The translations under genes and the position numbers were made by a program. A stretch of DNA of 46,442 nt, taken from positions 1 through 46,442 of IMG/VR virus record IMGVR_UViG_3300033489_000016; one strand, written 5' to 3'. How positions within the stretch are numbered: the first letter of the stretch is position 1; each line of letters starts with the position of its first letter. The notes beneath the pieces are model-generated. The model was not told where the DNA came from and did no database searches. It was given only the letters and a program-made list of their open reading frames with translations. This stretch comes from a virus (Duplodnaviria > Caudoviricetes). Below, in pieces: positions 35,195 through 45,464 of this stretch.

Positions 35195-37066
35195 GTGACG
35201 CATAGGCTGGACTCCGTAGAGAAATCATCTTCGCAATTAGATTCAATTCCAGTTCCTTTTATCTCGTTTAAGAGATGGCTCGGGACTAGTTACCACGTTT
35301 GGGAAAAGCTGTGCGAACTGCGCGATTCGCATGGGCGCTGTAACGCTACGGCCGGTGAGCTATCGGAGGCTACCGGAATTAAACTCCGCAACGTTAAGGC
35401 GGGCCTTATCCGCCTCCGAAAGTTGGGCGTTCTTTCGGATGAATTGCTTGTGCGTCCAGGCGGTAAAGGTCGCCGCCTTAGGATCATTCGTTGCGCTCTC
35501 GACGTCGGTTCATCCAACGAAGTCGCTCTAGTTCCACCGGAACTGATCGCCTCGGTGAATAGCGCTTATGGCTGGGGAGGCCCTAGACTCACACCCGGTA
35601 ATCTAGCGGAAACGTCCCCAAATGGGTACGGTAAATTGAGGGATAAAGGGGCGAATCCCAGGCAAGGCGGGAACAAACAGAGCGCTCTTGCCGAAAGCAA
35701 GTATGTCCGTTATGGGGAAAAAGCAGACAGACAGAGCGCTCGACTCGAAAGCAAGTATGTCCGTTATGAGAAAAATCACGAGCCGAGCGCTCGCCAGGAA
35801 CAAAATGAGCGGAGCAAGTGTGTCCATTACGACGAAAAACAGGACGAGCCGAGCGCTCTCCTCGAAAGCAAGTGTGTCCATTATGAAAGCAAGTGTGTCC
35901 GATATGCAAAAATAGGCTGGCCAGTCACACCGAAAATATACAGTGAGCCTGGCGACGAATCGAATATATTTCCCCCCTTAAGGGGGGAATATATTACACG
36001 CGTACGTGCGCGCGCGTCCGCGCGCCCGCGCATGCGCGCCCGCGCTTTAAGAATTAATAATTTAATATGTAATTATAATTATATTAAGTTTAATAAGTTT
36101 AATTGGTTAACCGACTTCGTGTTTTTTTTAAAAATTAAAAAAAACGCGGACCTGGACGAGCGTGCAGTGCACGCTCGCCATGCCGATCATTTTAATTTTT
36201 TTGAAGACAGTCCCGAGCGGCTAGCGCCGCTCGAGCCTGAGAACATCGCGCGGCTAGCGCCGCACGAATCTATGCCGAGTTCGGTTTCTCTTCGACTGTC
36301 TGAAGATGTCGCGGCTCCCGAGAATTGGTTTGGGGGTCGCGGGCGCCGAGCTGCTTGGCGATATCGAGACGTTCCGCCGTTTCCTAGTTTATCTATAATC
36401 AATCCGGTTAAGGTTCCGCGCCCTCCACAGTTCGGTGAGCGGTGGACCCAAGATCGCCGCGTTCGATTTCTCGTTCGAACCTGGATCGATGCCTTTACGC
36501 ATTTGACCGGCGAGGATTGCAGAACGTTTTACGCGAGAAAATCCCGCGCCGGTGTGCAGGTGGATCCGGTGAAAGCAAACTATGAGCTACTGGTGCATGC
36601 CGCCGAAAAACTTGTTGAGTATGAAATCGAGCCCGCACCTTGGGTCGCGTTCAGCTTCGACGTTTGGAACCGGTATATCGGCGACCGCCCGAAAAATAAA
36701 AAGCCCGCGCGACGAAGGAAGTACGCCAAGAAGAAAAAGCGGGGGACAACCCCACCGCTCTCGTGGGTGTTTTTGGACAGTCGTATTGATGAGCGTCGCG
36801 CTTGGTTTCATGCCGAATACGATGCGGAGTTTTATTCGGGGCATGTGCGCTTCACTCCCGCACATCGAGATTTGATTTACAAGCACGCGGCTATGCGTTC
36901 CGCGTTGCTCGCGCTTGATAATCCGCAGCAGGATACGGTGGATAAAATCGTACGTAAGTATTTTCCTGATGGTTGGGAAGGAGCGATCGCTAAGTGCGTT
37001 GAGGAGACCGAGGAGGAACAAACGCGACTTAACGCCGTTGCGCTGAAAGGTGCATGGCTATGGTAG
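35195..37066 (+). CDS. Putative replication initiator (N-terminal winged HTH) containing the origin
   Basis: ATAGELSEATGIKLRNVKAGLIRLRKLGVL wHTH; internal iterons and AT-rich tract; directly upstream of DnaB. Confidence 0.65.
   Translation: MTHRLDSVEKSSSQLDSIPVPFISFKRWLGTSYHVWEKLCELRDSHGRCNATAGELSEATGIKLRNVKAGLIRLRKLGVLSDELLVRPGGKGRRLRIIRCALDVGSSNEVALVPPELIASVNSAYGWGGPRLTPGNLAETSPNGYGKLRDKGANPRQGGNKQSALAESKYVRYGEKADRQSARLESKYVRYEKNHEPSARQEQNERSKCVHYDEKQDEPSALLESKCVHYESKCVRYAKIGWPVTPKIYSEPGDESNIFPPLRGEYITRVRARASARPRMRARALRINNLICNYNYIKFNKFNWLTDFVFFLKIKKNADLDERAVHARHADHFNFFEDSPERLAPLEPENIARLAPHESMPSSVSLRLSEDVAAPENWFGGRGRRAAWRYRDVPPFPSLSIINPVKVPRPPQFGERWTQDRRVRFLVRTWIDAFTHLTGEDCRTFYARKSRAGVQVDPVKANYELLVHAAEKLVEYEIEPAPWVAFSFDVWNRYIGDRPKNKKPARRRKYAKKKKRGTTPPLSWVFLDSRIDERRAWFHAEYDAEFYSGHVRFTPAHRDLIYKHAAMRSALLALDNPQQDTVDKIVRKYFPDGWEGAIAKCVEETEEEQTRLNAVALKGAWLW
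35680..36145. other. Putative replication origin: 5 iterons, palindromes and AT-rich unwinding region
   Basis: AGCAAGTRTGTCC at 35696, 35750, 35813, 35867 and 35888; GAGCGCTC four times; 20-bp palindrome at 35970-35989; AT tract at about 36046-36110. Confidence 0.75.
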
Positions 37067-38397
37067 CCCCGAAAAAACAGAATGGTGTGGAGCCCTACGG
37101 ATTGGATCCCGCTTTCGAGCGGGCGCTCGTTTCGCTGATATGCCAACGGCCTAATCTTTTCGGGAGGATCGGCACGTGGATTGAGACGGAGGCTTTGGGC
37201 GATGCCAGCGCGCAGTTGCTCGTTCAGGCCGCGCAATTGATTGCCTCTGAAGTTGGATCGGGTCCTGATTCGACTTTACTAGTCGTTCAGCGATTGCACC
37301 GTATGTTGAATGCGGGTCAGGTAACGCAAGAGCAGATCAACGCGTGTAGCGACCTACTTGATTTAGCAGACGACTTTGGTCTTCCCGACGAGGCCGCGGT
37401 GATCAACGAAATGGTTCCTACGCTTAGGAGGCGCGGCGAGAAGACTGCATTGTATTCCGCGATGGATGCTTTTGGTAAGCAGCAGGATTTGAAGAAGGCT
37501 GTCGAGCAGCTTGGTCGGGTTGAGCGTTTGGGTACCGCGCTTTTCGACACTGGCATTCGCGTTGGAGCGGGTTCCTTCGAGTCGATTAGGCGTTTACACG
37601 GTTTAGCTCGCTTGCCGATGGACGTGCCCGAAATCGATACGTTGTTGGAAGGAGGGTTGTGGCGTAAGGCATTGGGTGTTGTGATGGCACCTCCTGCCGG
37701 GGGAAAATCTATTTTTCTTTCGCATCTTGCCGGTGCCGCGAGTCGGAATGGAATTCGAACTGCGGTTGCTACGCTCGAGCTTCCGGAGCCTATTATTTTG
37801 GCGCGCATCAAAGCGAACCTTCTCGGGCTTCCGATCAACGATCTTTTGGATGGGTTTCTCGATGAGGCTCAACGGCGAATGGAAATACTTTCGCCGCATT
37901 TAGGGTTGTGCGTAGTTAAAGAGTTTGCGCCTAAGGCGACAACGGTGGGCGACCTAACAGCTTGGATAAAGCGGGTGGAAGACGAGATTGGGGATTCGAT
38001 AGAGTTGCTTATCGTAGACTACGCAGATAAACTTGGTACGGGAAAGGATGAGTCTTCGTACGTGGCGGGTGGTGTGGTATACGAGGGTTTACGCTACTAC
38101 GCGGTGGAAAATGATAAGTGGGTGTGGACCGCTTCGCAGCCCAGGCGTTCGGAGAAAGGCGCGCGAAAGAGAATCGAGTTAGACCAGGTAGCGGATTCGA
38201 TGGAGAAGGTTCGTGTGGCCGATGTGGTGTTGACGATCACACCGAGAAATGACGGCGAGCTTCTTTTATATTATCTAGCAAAGAATAGGATGGGGAAGAC
38301 AGGCGCGAGCATAGGGCCGCTCCCTCATGATTTCGCTTGCGGAAGAATTGCACCGGTTGTGCGAGAGGATGGGTATTTCGATGTCGTCCCGTTCTGA
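37060..38397 (+). CDS. dnaB: Replicative DnaB-like helicase
   Basis: APPAGGKS, TLEL, IVDYAD, TASQPRR and KNRMG motifs. Confidence 0.88.
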   Translation: MVAPKKQNGVEPYGLDPAFERALVSLICQRPNLFGRIGTWIETEALGDASAQLLVQAAQLIASEVGSGPDSTLLVVQRLHRMLNAGQVTQEQINACSDLLDLADDFGLPDEAAVINEMVPTLRRRGEKTALYSAMDAFGKQQDLKKAVEQLGRVERLGTALFDTGIRVGAGSFESIRRLHGLARLPMDVPEIDTLLEGGLWRKALGVVMAPPAGGKSIFLSHLAGAASRNGIRTAVATLELPEPIILARIKANLLGLPINDLLDGFLDEAQRRMEILSPHLGLCVVKEFAPKATTVGDLTAWIKRVEDEIGDSIELLIVDYADKLGTGKDESSYVAGGVVYEGLRYYAVENDKWVWTASQPRRSEKGARKRIELDQVADSMEKVRVADVVLTITPRNDGELLLYYLAKNRMGKTGASIGPLPHDFACGRIAPVVREDGYFDVVPF

Positions 38398-39262
38398 TCA
38401 GGAACTTGCGCTCACCGCGTTTGTTGGCGCTGTACGGTCCTCGACCGGTTGGTATCGGGCGCCGTGCCCGTTTTGTGCTGCTCGTATTGGCAAGCCAGAT
38501 CGTCACAGGTCGTTTTCGATCTTGGAGGGCGAATGGGTTTACCACTGTTTCAGATGCCATGTCGTTGGGCATCTTTCTTCGGCACCTACCGGATTCGAAC
38601 ACGTCATTGCGCGGAGTCAGTGGGATGTCACCCAGGAGACAGAAAAACCTGCTGATCTCGGGCCGCCAGAAGGCTTTTGTGAATTGTCTTGCGAGCCCGG
38701 ACTCACAGCGCTATCGTTCGCACCCGCTCGTAAATATCTGTCTCGGAGGCGTGTGTCGAAATCAATCTGTAGGGCTGTAGGAATAGGCGCAACGTTGGCT
38801 GGGAAAGCAGCCCACCGAATCATTGTGCCAATCGCGGGTGGCGACGGCGTAACGTGGTTGGGTTGGTCTGGCAGAGCGCTCGGTTCGGGATCGAATTTGA
38901 AGTACTTGTACCCGCGAGGAATGCAGCGGGGGTTTTTACTTTTCAATGGGGGCGCGATTCATGCAAAGACGGATATTCCTCTGATCGTGGTCGAGGGTGT
39001 TTTTGATGCGTTGCCCCATTGGCCGCACGCGGTTGCGTGCTTAGGGAAACCAACGCGCGCGCAGTACGAGATTCTTTGTGAGACAACTCGGCCGATAGTT
39101 GTCGCGTTGGACGGTGATGCTTGGGAAGAGGGTGAGGCGCTTTCTATGCGGTTGAAATTGGCGGGCAAGCGTGCGGCTTTCGTTAGGCTTTCGCCAAAAA
39201 CAGACCCGGGAAATTTATCCAGAGAAGATTTAAATCTGCTCATTTCCGGAGTGATCGCATAA
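38369..39262 (+). CDS. dnaG: DNA primase (Zn finger plus TOPRIM); start uncertain (38369 or 38381)
   Basis: CPFC...YHCFRC; RIIVPI...WSGRAL...KY; VEGVFD; LDGDA; KTDPG. Confidence 0.88.
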   Translation: MGISMSSRSDQELALTAFVGAVRSSTGWYRAPCPFCAARIGKPDRHRSFSILEGEWVYHCFRCHVVGHLSSAPTGFEHVIARSQWDVTQETEKPADLGPPEGFCELSCEPGLTALSFAPARKYLSRRRVSKSICRAVGIGATLAGKAAHRIIVPIAGGDGVTWLGWSGRALGSGSNLKYLYPRGMQRGFLLFNGGAIHAKTDIPLIVVEGVFDALPHWPHAVACLGKPTRAQYEILCETTRPIVVALDGDAWEEGEALSMRLKLAGKRAAFVRLSPKTDPGNLSREDLNLLISGVIA

Positions 39263-39272
39263 CTAGGTGGCT

Positions 39273-39500
39273 ATGGCTCAAGGTCAAGAATACGAAAAAG
39301 ATTCCAACGCGGTGATATTCGAGGACGCGAAGTGCAAGCACGCGACCGACGTGGCTATTCTGGTTTCGATCGATGGTGATGACTACTGGGTGCCCTCGAG
39401 TATGGTCCACGACGACAGCGAGGTGTTCGAAAAAGGGCACGAAGGTAATTTAATAATCACAAAATGGATCGCGAAGAAATTAGATCTTTGGGAAGATTGA
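39273..39500 (+). CDS. Small acidic beta-rich hypothetical protein
   Basis: AGGTGG RBS; ATDVAILVSIDGDDYWVPSSMV...LIITKWIAKK. Confidence 0.7.
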   Translation: MAQGQEYEKDSNAVIFEDAKCKHATDVAILVSIDGDDYWVPSSMVHDDSEVFEKGHEGNLIITKWIAKKLDLWED

Positions 39501-39520
39501 ACAACGGGACAGGAGGCAAG

Positions 39521-40312
39521 ATGGCTTTATTCAAACTATACGGATACGATGGTGAGGCTGATATACGTGGCGCGATGCGACATGTATCGTTCGACGAGGA
39601 TGGGTTGCATATACACGGGGTAACCCTTCGTGAGGCGAATGACTTGTTGGGGTTTTTAAGCAGCGGAGAAGTTATCGCGCAGCAACCAGGTGGCGAGGAC
39701 CTGCATGCGATGGGCGTTGTTTTCACAGGTTTGGGGGAGGGTGTGGAGGAAGTTTCTGTTGATCAGGCACCTTCACCCGTGCGGCAGAGGACTCCCGCCG
39801 CATCTACGTCGAACGCCAAGCAGGCCGAACCGGATAAGTATGAATCGCATAAACCGCAGGCATCTAAAGTTTCTCCGCAAAAGGTTCCGGCATCTAAGCC
39901 TGTCAAAAGTTCGCTGGCCGATGATGTCATGACGGTGGACGCAGAATCGCAAGAAGCCCCGGTAACTTCGGCTGTACCCGCGGAGAAAGCGGAACCTAAG
40001 GCGGTCGAGAAGCCGCCCGCGCAGCAGCCCAAGTCGAGGAAGGCTTCGGTTGAAGAAACCGCGGGTGATGAGGTTGCTGCCGCTAAAAGCACTTCAAGTG
40101 GCTCGAATGATAAATCACTCGTGACAGCTCTTTCGGGCGCGAAAAGTTTGAGGGATGTGGTGACCATCCTTCAGGATTCTGGGTTGGCGACTGGTTCTGC
40201 TATTGCCGACGCCGCTGTTGGTCTGCAAGCCGAACTACCAATTCTATCTCGAGTTGGAAATCTTGCCGAGCGCATTAAGCGCACCGCTTCTGCTCTTGGT
40301 ATCCCCGCATAA
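39521..40312 (+). CDS. Hypothetical protein with long Ala/Pro/Lys/Ser linker
   Basis: AGGAGG RBS then ATG at 39521; abuts the polymerase start. Confidence 0.7.
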   Translation: MALFKLYGYDGEADIRGAMRHVSFDEDGLHIHGVTLREANDLLGFLSSGEVIAQQPGGEDLHAMGVVFTGLGEGVEEVSVDQAPSPVRQRTPAASTSNAKQAEPDKYESHKPQASKVSPQKVPASKPVKSSLADDVMTVDAESQEAPVTSAVPAEKAEPKAVEKPPAQQPKSRKASVEETAGDEVAAAKSTSSGSNDKSLVTALSGAKSLRDVVTILQDSGLATGSAIADAAVGLQAELPILSRVGNLAERIKRTASALGIPA

Positions 40313-43300
40313 ATGGAGTTATTGCGCCTATACGATTCCGCGCCTTTGGAGGTTGTGGAAAAGACCGCGCCCTTGTGTGTTTCTTCTCAATGTACTCTTT
40401 GTAATCTACACGAGCGGGTGCGGTCTTCGTGTATGCGTGCCGAGGGAGATTCTGGCGGGGTGCTCCTCGTTGGAGATTACCCGGGAGCTGAGGAAGATCG
40501 TACGGGTATTCCATTTAGCGGGCCAACAGGAAAATACCTGAGAAAGTTAGTGGCGCGATGGTGGTCCGGTCCTGTGGCGTATGACAATGCACTTCGCTGT
40601 TTTCCTGGGGAACGCCCAACGAGTACTGCGATGGTTGACTCGTGTCGCGGGTATCTCGCGGCAACGATTCGAGAGGTCAAGCCCACGGTGATCGTGGCAA
40701 TGGGGGGTCGCGCGATATACGGGGTGCTCGGGCGTACTCTTCCACTTCAGTCTGTGCGGCGAGGTTACGGGTGGCTGTACAACACAGATATCGATCCCAT
40801 TTCAGGAATGCCTATTCCGGTATTTGAACTCATTAATCCCGTTAACGCGCTTAGGAATAGATTTATCAGGATCAGTTTCGAAGAGGACTTGAAAGTAGCA
40901 TTATCGGGTGCGCCTCTCACGCAGCCCCCATGGGGTGGCGTCGTTAGTGTTATTGAGACGTATGCCGACGCGTGCGCGGCCGCCTCTGACTTGCGCGCTG
41001 CGGAATGGTTATCTTTCGACTGCGAAACAATTGGGGTTCAGTATCATCCCGATTTTAGAAATATTAGCATGGCCTGTTGCGCGCGAGGTTCCGACCATTC
41101 TTACGCATGGGATTCGCGCGCGCTACGAGACAAGGAGCTTGTTGCGCCGTTGCTCGATCTTCTAAAGGACGATCGTGTTAAAAAGATTGGTAGCAATCTT
41201 AAGTACGATGCTCATTCAGTTGCTTGCGAATACCACGTTACTCTAAGAAACCATTTTTGGGATACGCGTTTATGCCGCAAGCTTTTAGATGCCGACGCGG
41301 ATGCATCGCTCGAGGTGATGTGCGAGCTTGTTGGTATGGGCGGAATGAAAAAGGAGGCCGAAGACGCATTGATCGTGGCGGTTCGTCAGATCGTTAAGGC
41401 GCGTGTGGCTTGCCGTAAATCATTGCTGTTTCCGTTTGAGAATCCCGTGATCCTTGCCGCGTGTAAACGTGTAGATGTTGAACCGAAGCGCTATGCTTTT
41501 GGATTGCTTGCCCGCAAAATACTTCTTCGGTACAACGCACGCGATGCTGTCTCGACTGCGAGGCTTGGCGTTTTGCTAGGGGATCGGCTTGAAGAGACAC
41601 CTCCCGTAAAGCGTATTTGGACGAAGGTGGTGCGTGGCGCGAGCTACGCAATACAGCGCGTAGAGGAATGGGGGATGCCCGTAAGCCGCGATAGCGTCGA
41701 GCTTTTCATTAGGCGTTTAGAGATAGCAGCTTCCTCCGCGGCGCTTAAGTTTAATGGCTACCCTAATTTTAATCCTCGTAGTTCTCAAAGTGTATTGAAC
41801 CTGTTATTTGGCCAGCTTCACTTGAAGCCCGTCAAGCTGCTGGTTTCTGGCGCGTCCTCGACCGATCAGGATTCGTTGAAGGAATTGGCGGGATCTCATC
41901 CAGTGGTTGATGCGCTTATCGAGTACAGGCGTCTCGATAAACTTCTCGGTTTTGCCCGTGGTTTGCAGGAGCATATTAGTCCCGATGGGCGTATACACCC
42001 ATCTATCAATATTGATGGTGCGCGTACTGGCAGAACGAGCTGTATCGCAAAGGGAACACCGATTGAAGTGTTGCGCGATGTGGCCGCTATTCCCGCAGGG
42101 GTTCCAATTGAACAAGTTAGTGTGGGCGATTGGGTGTGGACATATTCCATAGACGGCACGCCAACACTTCGGCGCGTTGTTCGCGTATTTGCGAACGGCG
42201 CGCGGCGGATCGCACGCGTGCATTGGAGGGGGCAGGGGGGTTATTCGCGCGGGTTTTTAGACCTAACACCCGATCATCGCGTTAGGATGATGAATGGTAC
42301 GTATGTGCGCGCGGCTGACCTAAAGTGTGGTGATCGAATTAGCGCCGTTACGCGGAATGTGACGAATAGCGGTTACGCGCGTTTATATTTTACGGGCGTA
42401 AAGCACGCCATTAGGGAACATTGCCGCATAGGTGAATTTTTGCGTGGAGGGCCCTTCGAACATTGCCATCATGTTGATGGTAATAAGTTGAATAACGTTC
42501 CACATAATATTGTTGGAATGGATGCTATTGCGCATTTAACTTTACACGCGAATAGTATTCCCGAAGGATTGCGCGTTCGCCGCTCCGAAGTGATGCGCGA
42601 ACGTCATCGTCTTGGGCGTATTAGATATTTGCGCGGTGAGGAGAATGCTCGTTGGAAAAGGTTAACGAAAGCGACGGCGCTTTTTTTATTGCGTGCCAAT
42701 AGATGGTCGATTTCCTTGGCTGCGCGATCGGCAGGGTGGGATTTTGCGACGTTTAGAAAGCATCTGACCTTGCTTGGATTTGATTGCGAAGAAATAAAAT
42801 TGCGTAGTCGGCGCAAGCGGCGAGATTCAATTTTACGCGCGGCCGCGTTTGCGCGGTCAGTACGCTTAGGAAATAATCACATTGTTGAATCAATAGAATT
42901 TTTAAATAGATCGGCACTCGTCTACGACCTTGAAATTGACGGTACGCATAATTATTTTGCGGGAGGAATTTGCGTACACAATTGCTCTGCTCCGAATTTA
43001 CAAAATATAGCCAGGCCTCGCGATCCTGAATCCAAAATGGCGCGGGATTTGTTTGTGGCGAATCCGCACCACAAATTGGTGTCATTTGATTATAGCCAAC
43101 TTGAATTGCGTATCGCTTCGATGATGTCCGGTGACCCCGAGATGCTTGCTATTTGGGCTGCTGGTTTGGATTACCATCAGCGTACGGCGGAACTGATTGC
43201 CGATGTCGCTTGGGGACTTAGGGTGGATCAGCTACTGCCAATTCATCGCGATCAAAGTAAAACCGTTAACTTCGGGGTTTTGTATGGAATGGCCGCCAAG

Positions 43301-44956
43301 AGTCTTGCTAAACGAATAGGTTGCAGCAAGGCGCAGGCCGCAAAAATTCTGACCGCGATTACAGGACGGTTCTCACGGTTTGCGGAGTGGTGCCAAGAGC
43401 AAATCGAGATCGCGCGTAAAACAGGTTATGTGTATACGTGGTGGGAAGGTGAACAGGCACGGCGTAGGCCGTTATGGGGTATTGCAGACGCCGACGACGA
43501 GACGCGTTCTAATGCCGAACGTGCGGCGCTGAACACACCCATTCAAGGCTGTATTCCGGGTTATACGCGCATAACCACTGACCGGGGAATTCTTAAAATT
43601 GCGGATGCGCCCGATCAAGGACGTGTGTGGACTGGGCACGAATTTGCTGAATACGAGAAATTGAATCGTGGCGAATGGCAGTTGAGCATTATTGCGTTGG
43701 CGAACGGGCAAATGTTTCATTGCGATACTAGGCATTCGGTTCTTGTTGTCGGTGAGAACGAGTACGAATTTAGAGCATATAAAGATCTTAGGGAGGGTGA
43801 TCTAATATGTCTGTCATTGGCACAACCTATCGAGTTTAGCTCGAATGGGTGCGATACCGAACTTGCATATTGGTTGGGATACGCGATTGGGAATGGTTAT
43901 ACTTGTACGAGCCGCGGACGAAACGCGCTGGCTGTTACATTTGGTAATCGTAAGGGACGTGCGTCTAAAGAAGAGAGCGCCAATCGTTTTGTTGTATGGG
44001 CGTATTCGTGTGGATATGTTCATCAAAAACCTCGTGTGTTCAAAAACAAAATAACGGTTACGATTTGCAGCCCTGCTTTGCGCGAATCCTGGGTCGCGCT
44101 TGGTTATCCTTGGGGCGCGAACTCCCATACAAAATATACGCCTACTGTTGTGTGGTCCCTTTCGTTGAAAGCTAGGAGGTCATATCTATTAGGCTTATTA
44201 GATTCTGATGGAACCATCGGTGTTGCGGAAAAGACAGGGCCTTGTTTGCATCTTTGTCAAGGGGGTTTGCTGCGCGAGACACAGATCTTGGCGCGTACTT
44301 GCTGTGTTGAAAGTGTGTATCGTGAGTTGAATGATGGATCATTCAGACTTGATTTTAATGGGGGTCAATTGCGAGAGGCTTTGGATTACGGGTATAAACG
44401 AGAGAAAATCGTTGTGCGCGACTGCGCCCCTCGTTTTGTTGTTGAGGAGTTTTTGCGCGAGCTTTCTGTACGAGAACGTGTCGTATGGTCTTCAAGCGAT
44501 CAGGTTTTAATATCTCGTTTTAGGAAGGGTGGGTCCACTAGCGTCTATAAGCTTTACGAGATGTGTAAAAAGATTGCAGTTCCAATTCGATTGTATGCTG
44601 CTAGCGAGTTGGTATCTAAGAGAGCGAGTCGAATGAAAGAGACGACGTGGACGTTAGCTGTTAAGCATTCTGGCCATCGCTTTGATTCAGAGGGTGTTAT
44701 TAGTAAGAATACGAGTAGCGAGTATTGTGTGGCGTCGATTGCGTCATGCGTGCAATGGATTGAGGACGATGAGCCACCGGCTAAAGTCGTTCTCGCGGTT
44801 CACGACGACATCATTTTTGAAGTCGAGGACTCCGCGGTTGATGAGGTTGTTTACCACGTCCCAAAGATCATGACGGGTTGGGACAGCGGTGTGGTCCCCC
44901 TTGAAGTGTCGATTAAGGTTGGGCAGTCTTGGGGGTCAATGCAAAAATATCAGTAA
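40313..44956 (+). CDS. polA: Family A DNA polymerase with N-terminal family-4 UDG-like domain, 3'-5' exonuclease and two inteins (846 aa after splicing)
   Basis: UDG-like CTLC...LVGDYPGAEEDRTGIPFSGPTG; Exo motifs FDCET, NLKYD, YNARD; Pol motifs DYSQLELR, KTVNFGVLYG, VHDD. Confidence 0.95.
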   Translation: MELLRLYDSAPLEVVEKTAPLCVSSQCTLCNLHERVRSSCMRAEGDSGGVLLVGDYPGAEEDRTGIPFSGPTGKYLRKLVARWWSGPVAYDNALRCFPGERPTSTAMVDSCRGYLAATIREVKPTVIVAMGGRAIYGVLGRTLPLQSVRRGYGWLYNTDIDPISGMPIPVFELINPVNALRNRFIRISFEEDLKVALSGAPLTQPPWGGVVSVIETYADACAAASDLRAAEWLSFDCETIGVQYHPDFRNISMACCARGSDHSYAWDSRALRDKELVAPLLDLLKDDRVKKIGSNLKYDAHSVACEYHVTLRNHFWDTRLCRKLLDADADASLEVMCELVGMGGMKKEAEDALIVAVRQIVKARVACRKSLLFPFENPVILAACKRVDVEPKRYAFGLLARKILLRYNARDAVSTARLGVLLGDRLEETPPVKRIWTKVVRGASYAIQRVEEWGMPVSRDSVELFIRRLEIAASSAALKFNGYPNFNPRSSQSVLNLLFGQLHLKPVKLLVSGASSTDQDSLKELAGSHPVVDALIEYRRLDKLLGFARGLQEHISPDGRIHPSINIDGARTGRTSCIAKGTPIEVLRDVAAIPAGVPIEQVSVGDWVWTYSIDGTPTLRRVVRVFANGARRIARVHWRGQGGYSRGFLDLTPDHRVRMMNGTYVRAADLKCGDRISAVTRNVTNSGYARLYFTGVKHAIREHCRIGEFLRGGPFEHCHHVDGNKLNNVPHNIVGMDAIAHLTLHANSIPEGLRVRRSEVMRERHRLGRIRYLRGEENARWKRLTKATALFLLRANRWSISLAARSAGWDFATFRKHLTLLGFDCEEIKLRSRRKRRDSILRAAAFARSVRLGNNHIVESIEFLNRSALVYDLEIDGTHNYFAGGICVHNCSAPNLQNIARPRDPESKMARDLFVANPHHKLVSFDYSQLELRIASMMSGDPEMLAIWAAGLDYHQRTAELIADVAWGLRVDQLLPIHRDQSKTVNFGVLYGMAAKSLAKRIGCSKAQAAKILTAITGRFSRFAEWCQEQIEIARKTGYVYTWWEGEQARRRPLWGIADADDETRSNAERAALNTPIQGCIPGYTRITTDRGILKIADAPDQGRVWTGHEFAEYEKLNRGEWQLSIIALANGQMFHCDTRHSVLVVGENEYEFRAYKDLREGDLICLSLAQPIEFSSNGCDTELAYWLGYAIGNGYTCTSRGRNALAVTFGNRKGRASKEESANRFVVWAYSCGYVHQKPRVFKNKITVTICSPALRESWVALGYPWGANSHTKYTPTVVWSLSLKARRSYLLGLLDSDGTIGVAEKTGPCLHLCQGGLLRETQILARTCCVESVYRELNDGSFRLDFNGGQLREALDYGYKREKIVVRDCAPRFVVEEFLRELSVRERVVWSSSDQVLISRFRKGGSTSVYKLYEMCKKIAVPIRLYAASELVSKRASRMKETTWTLAVKHSGHRFDSEGVISKNTSSEYCVASIASCVQWIEDDEPPAKVVLAVHDDIIFEVEDSAVDEVVYHVPKIMTGWDSGVVPLEVSIKVGQSWGSMQKYQ
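42041..42982 (+). mobile_element. Intein with HNH endonuclease (314 aa)
   Basis: RTGRTS/CIAKGT...TPDHR...HHVDGNKLNN..HN...GICVHN/CSAPNLQN. Confidence 0.93.
43550..44710 (+). mobile_element. Intein with LAGLIDADG endonuclease (387 aa), ending in KN
   Basis: NTPIQG/CIPGYT...WLGYAIGNG...LLGLLDSDG...SEGVISKN/T. Confidence 0.9.
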
Positions 44957-44972
44957 CGAAAGAGAGGTTTGT

Positions 44973-45464
44973 ATGTCACGCGTTGTTGAAGTTAATCCAG
45001 AAGAGGCCGTATTGCTCCGTGATATAGAAGTTCCTAAATATCTTAAGGAATGTATTACGTTGTTTCCCGAGCAACTGGACGAAGAACTTATTCGAGCTCC
45101 ATCTGATATCGCTTATTGGAACGAGCATTATGCGTCAGCGCTTCGAGACTATCTTCTCGCGAAGAACAGTGCCGAAGTTGTGCGCGCGCGTGTACTGATC
45201 GAGATACGCGAGAAGGCCGCGGCAAACGGGCAGAAGTTGACCGTTGGTGACTTGGATGCTTATGTGACCGTGGATGATCGTGTTCAAGCGGCGAACCTTA
45301 AAGAAATAGAAACGGAGGCTGAGAAGCAGCTTCTTAGATGTCGCGTTGAATCGGTGACCGCGAAGTTGGAGGTCTTGCGATCTCTCGGCGCGAAGCTTCG
45401 CGCAGAGATGATGTCCGACCCATCGGTACGCGAACTTACTGTTGGATCGCGTTCGATCGGGTAG
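44973..45464 (+). CDS. UvsY-like recombination mediator / helical protein
   Basis: LDEELIRAPSDIAYWNE...KLTVGDLDAYVTVD...LRSLGAKLRAE; position between the polymerase and SSB. Confidence 0.55.
   Translation: MSRVVEVNPEEAVLLRDIEVPKYLKECITLFPEQLDEELIRAPSDIAYWNEHYASALRDYLLAKNSAEVVRARVLIEIREKAAANGQKLTVGDLDAYVTVDDRVQAANLKEIETEAEKQLLRCRVESVTAKLEVLRSLGAKLRAEMMSDPSVRELTVGSRSIG

Noticed and set aside
35589-35915. Alternative-frame repetitive ORFs over the iterons
   Set aside because: By-products of frame-preserving DNA repeats.
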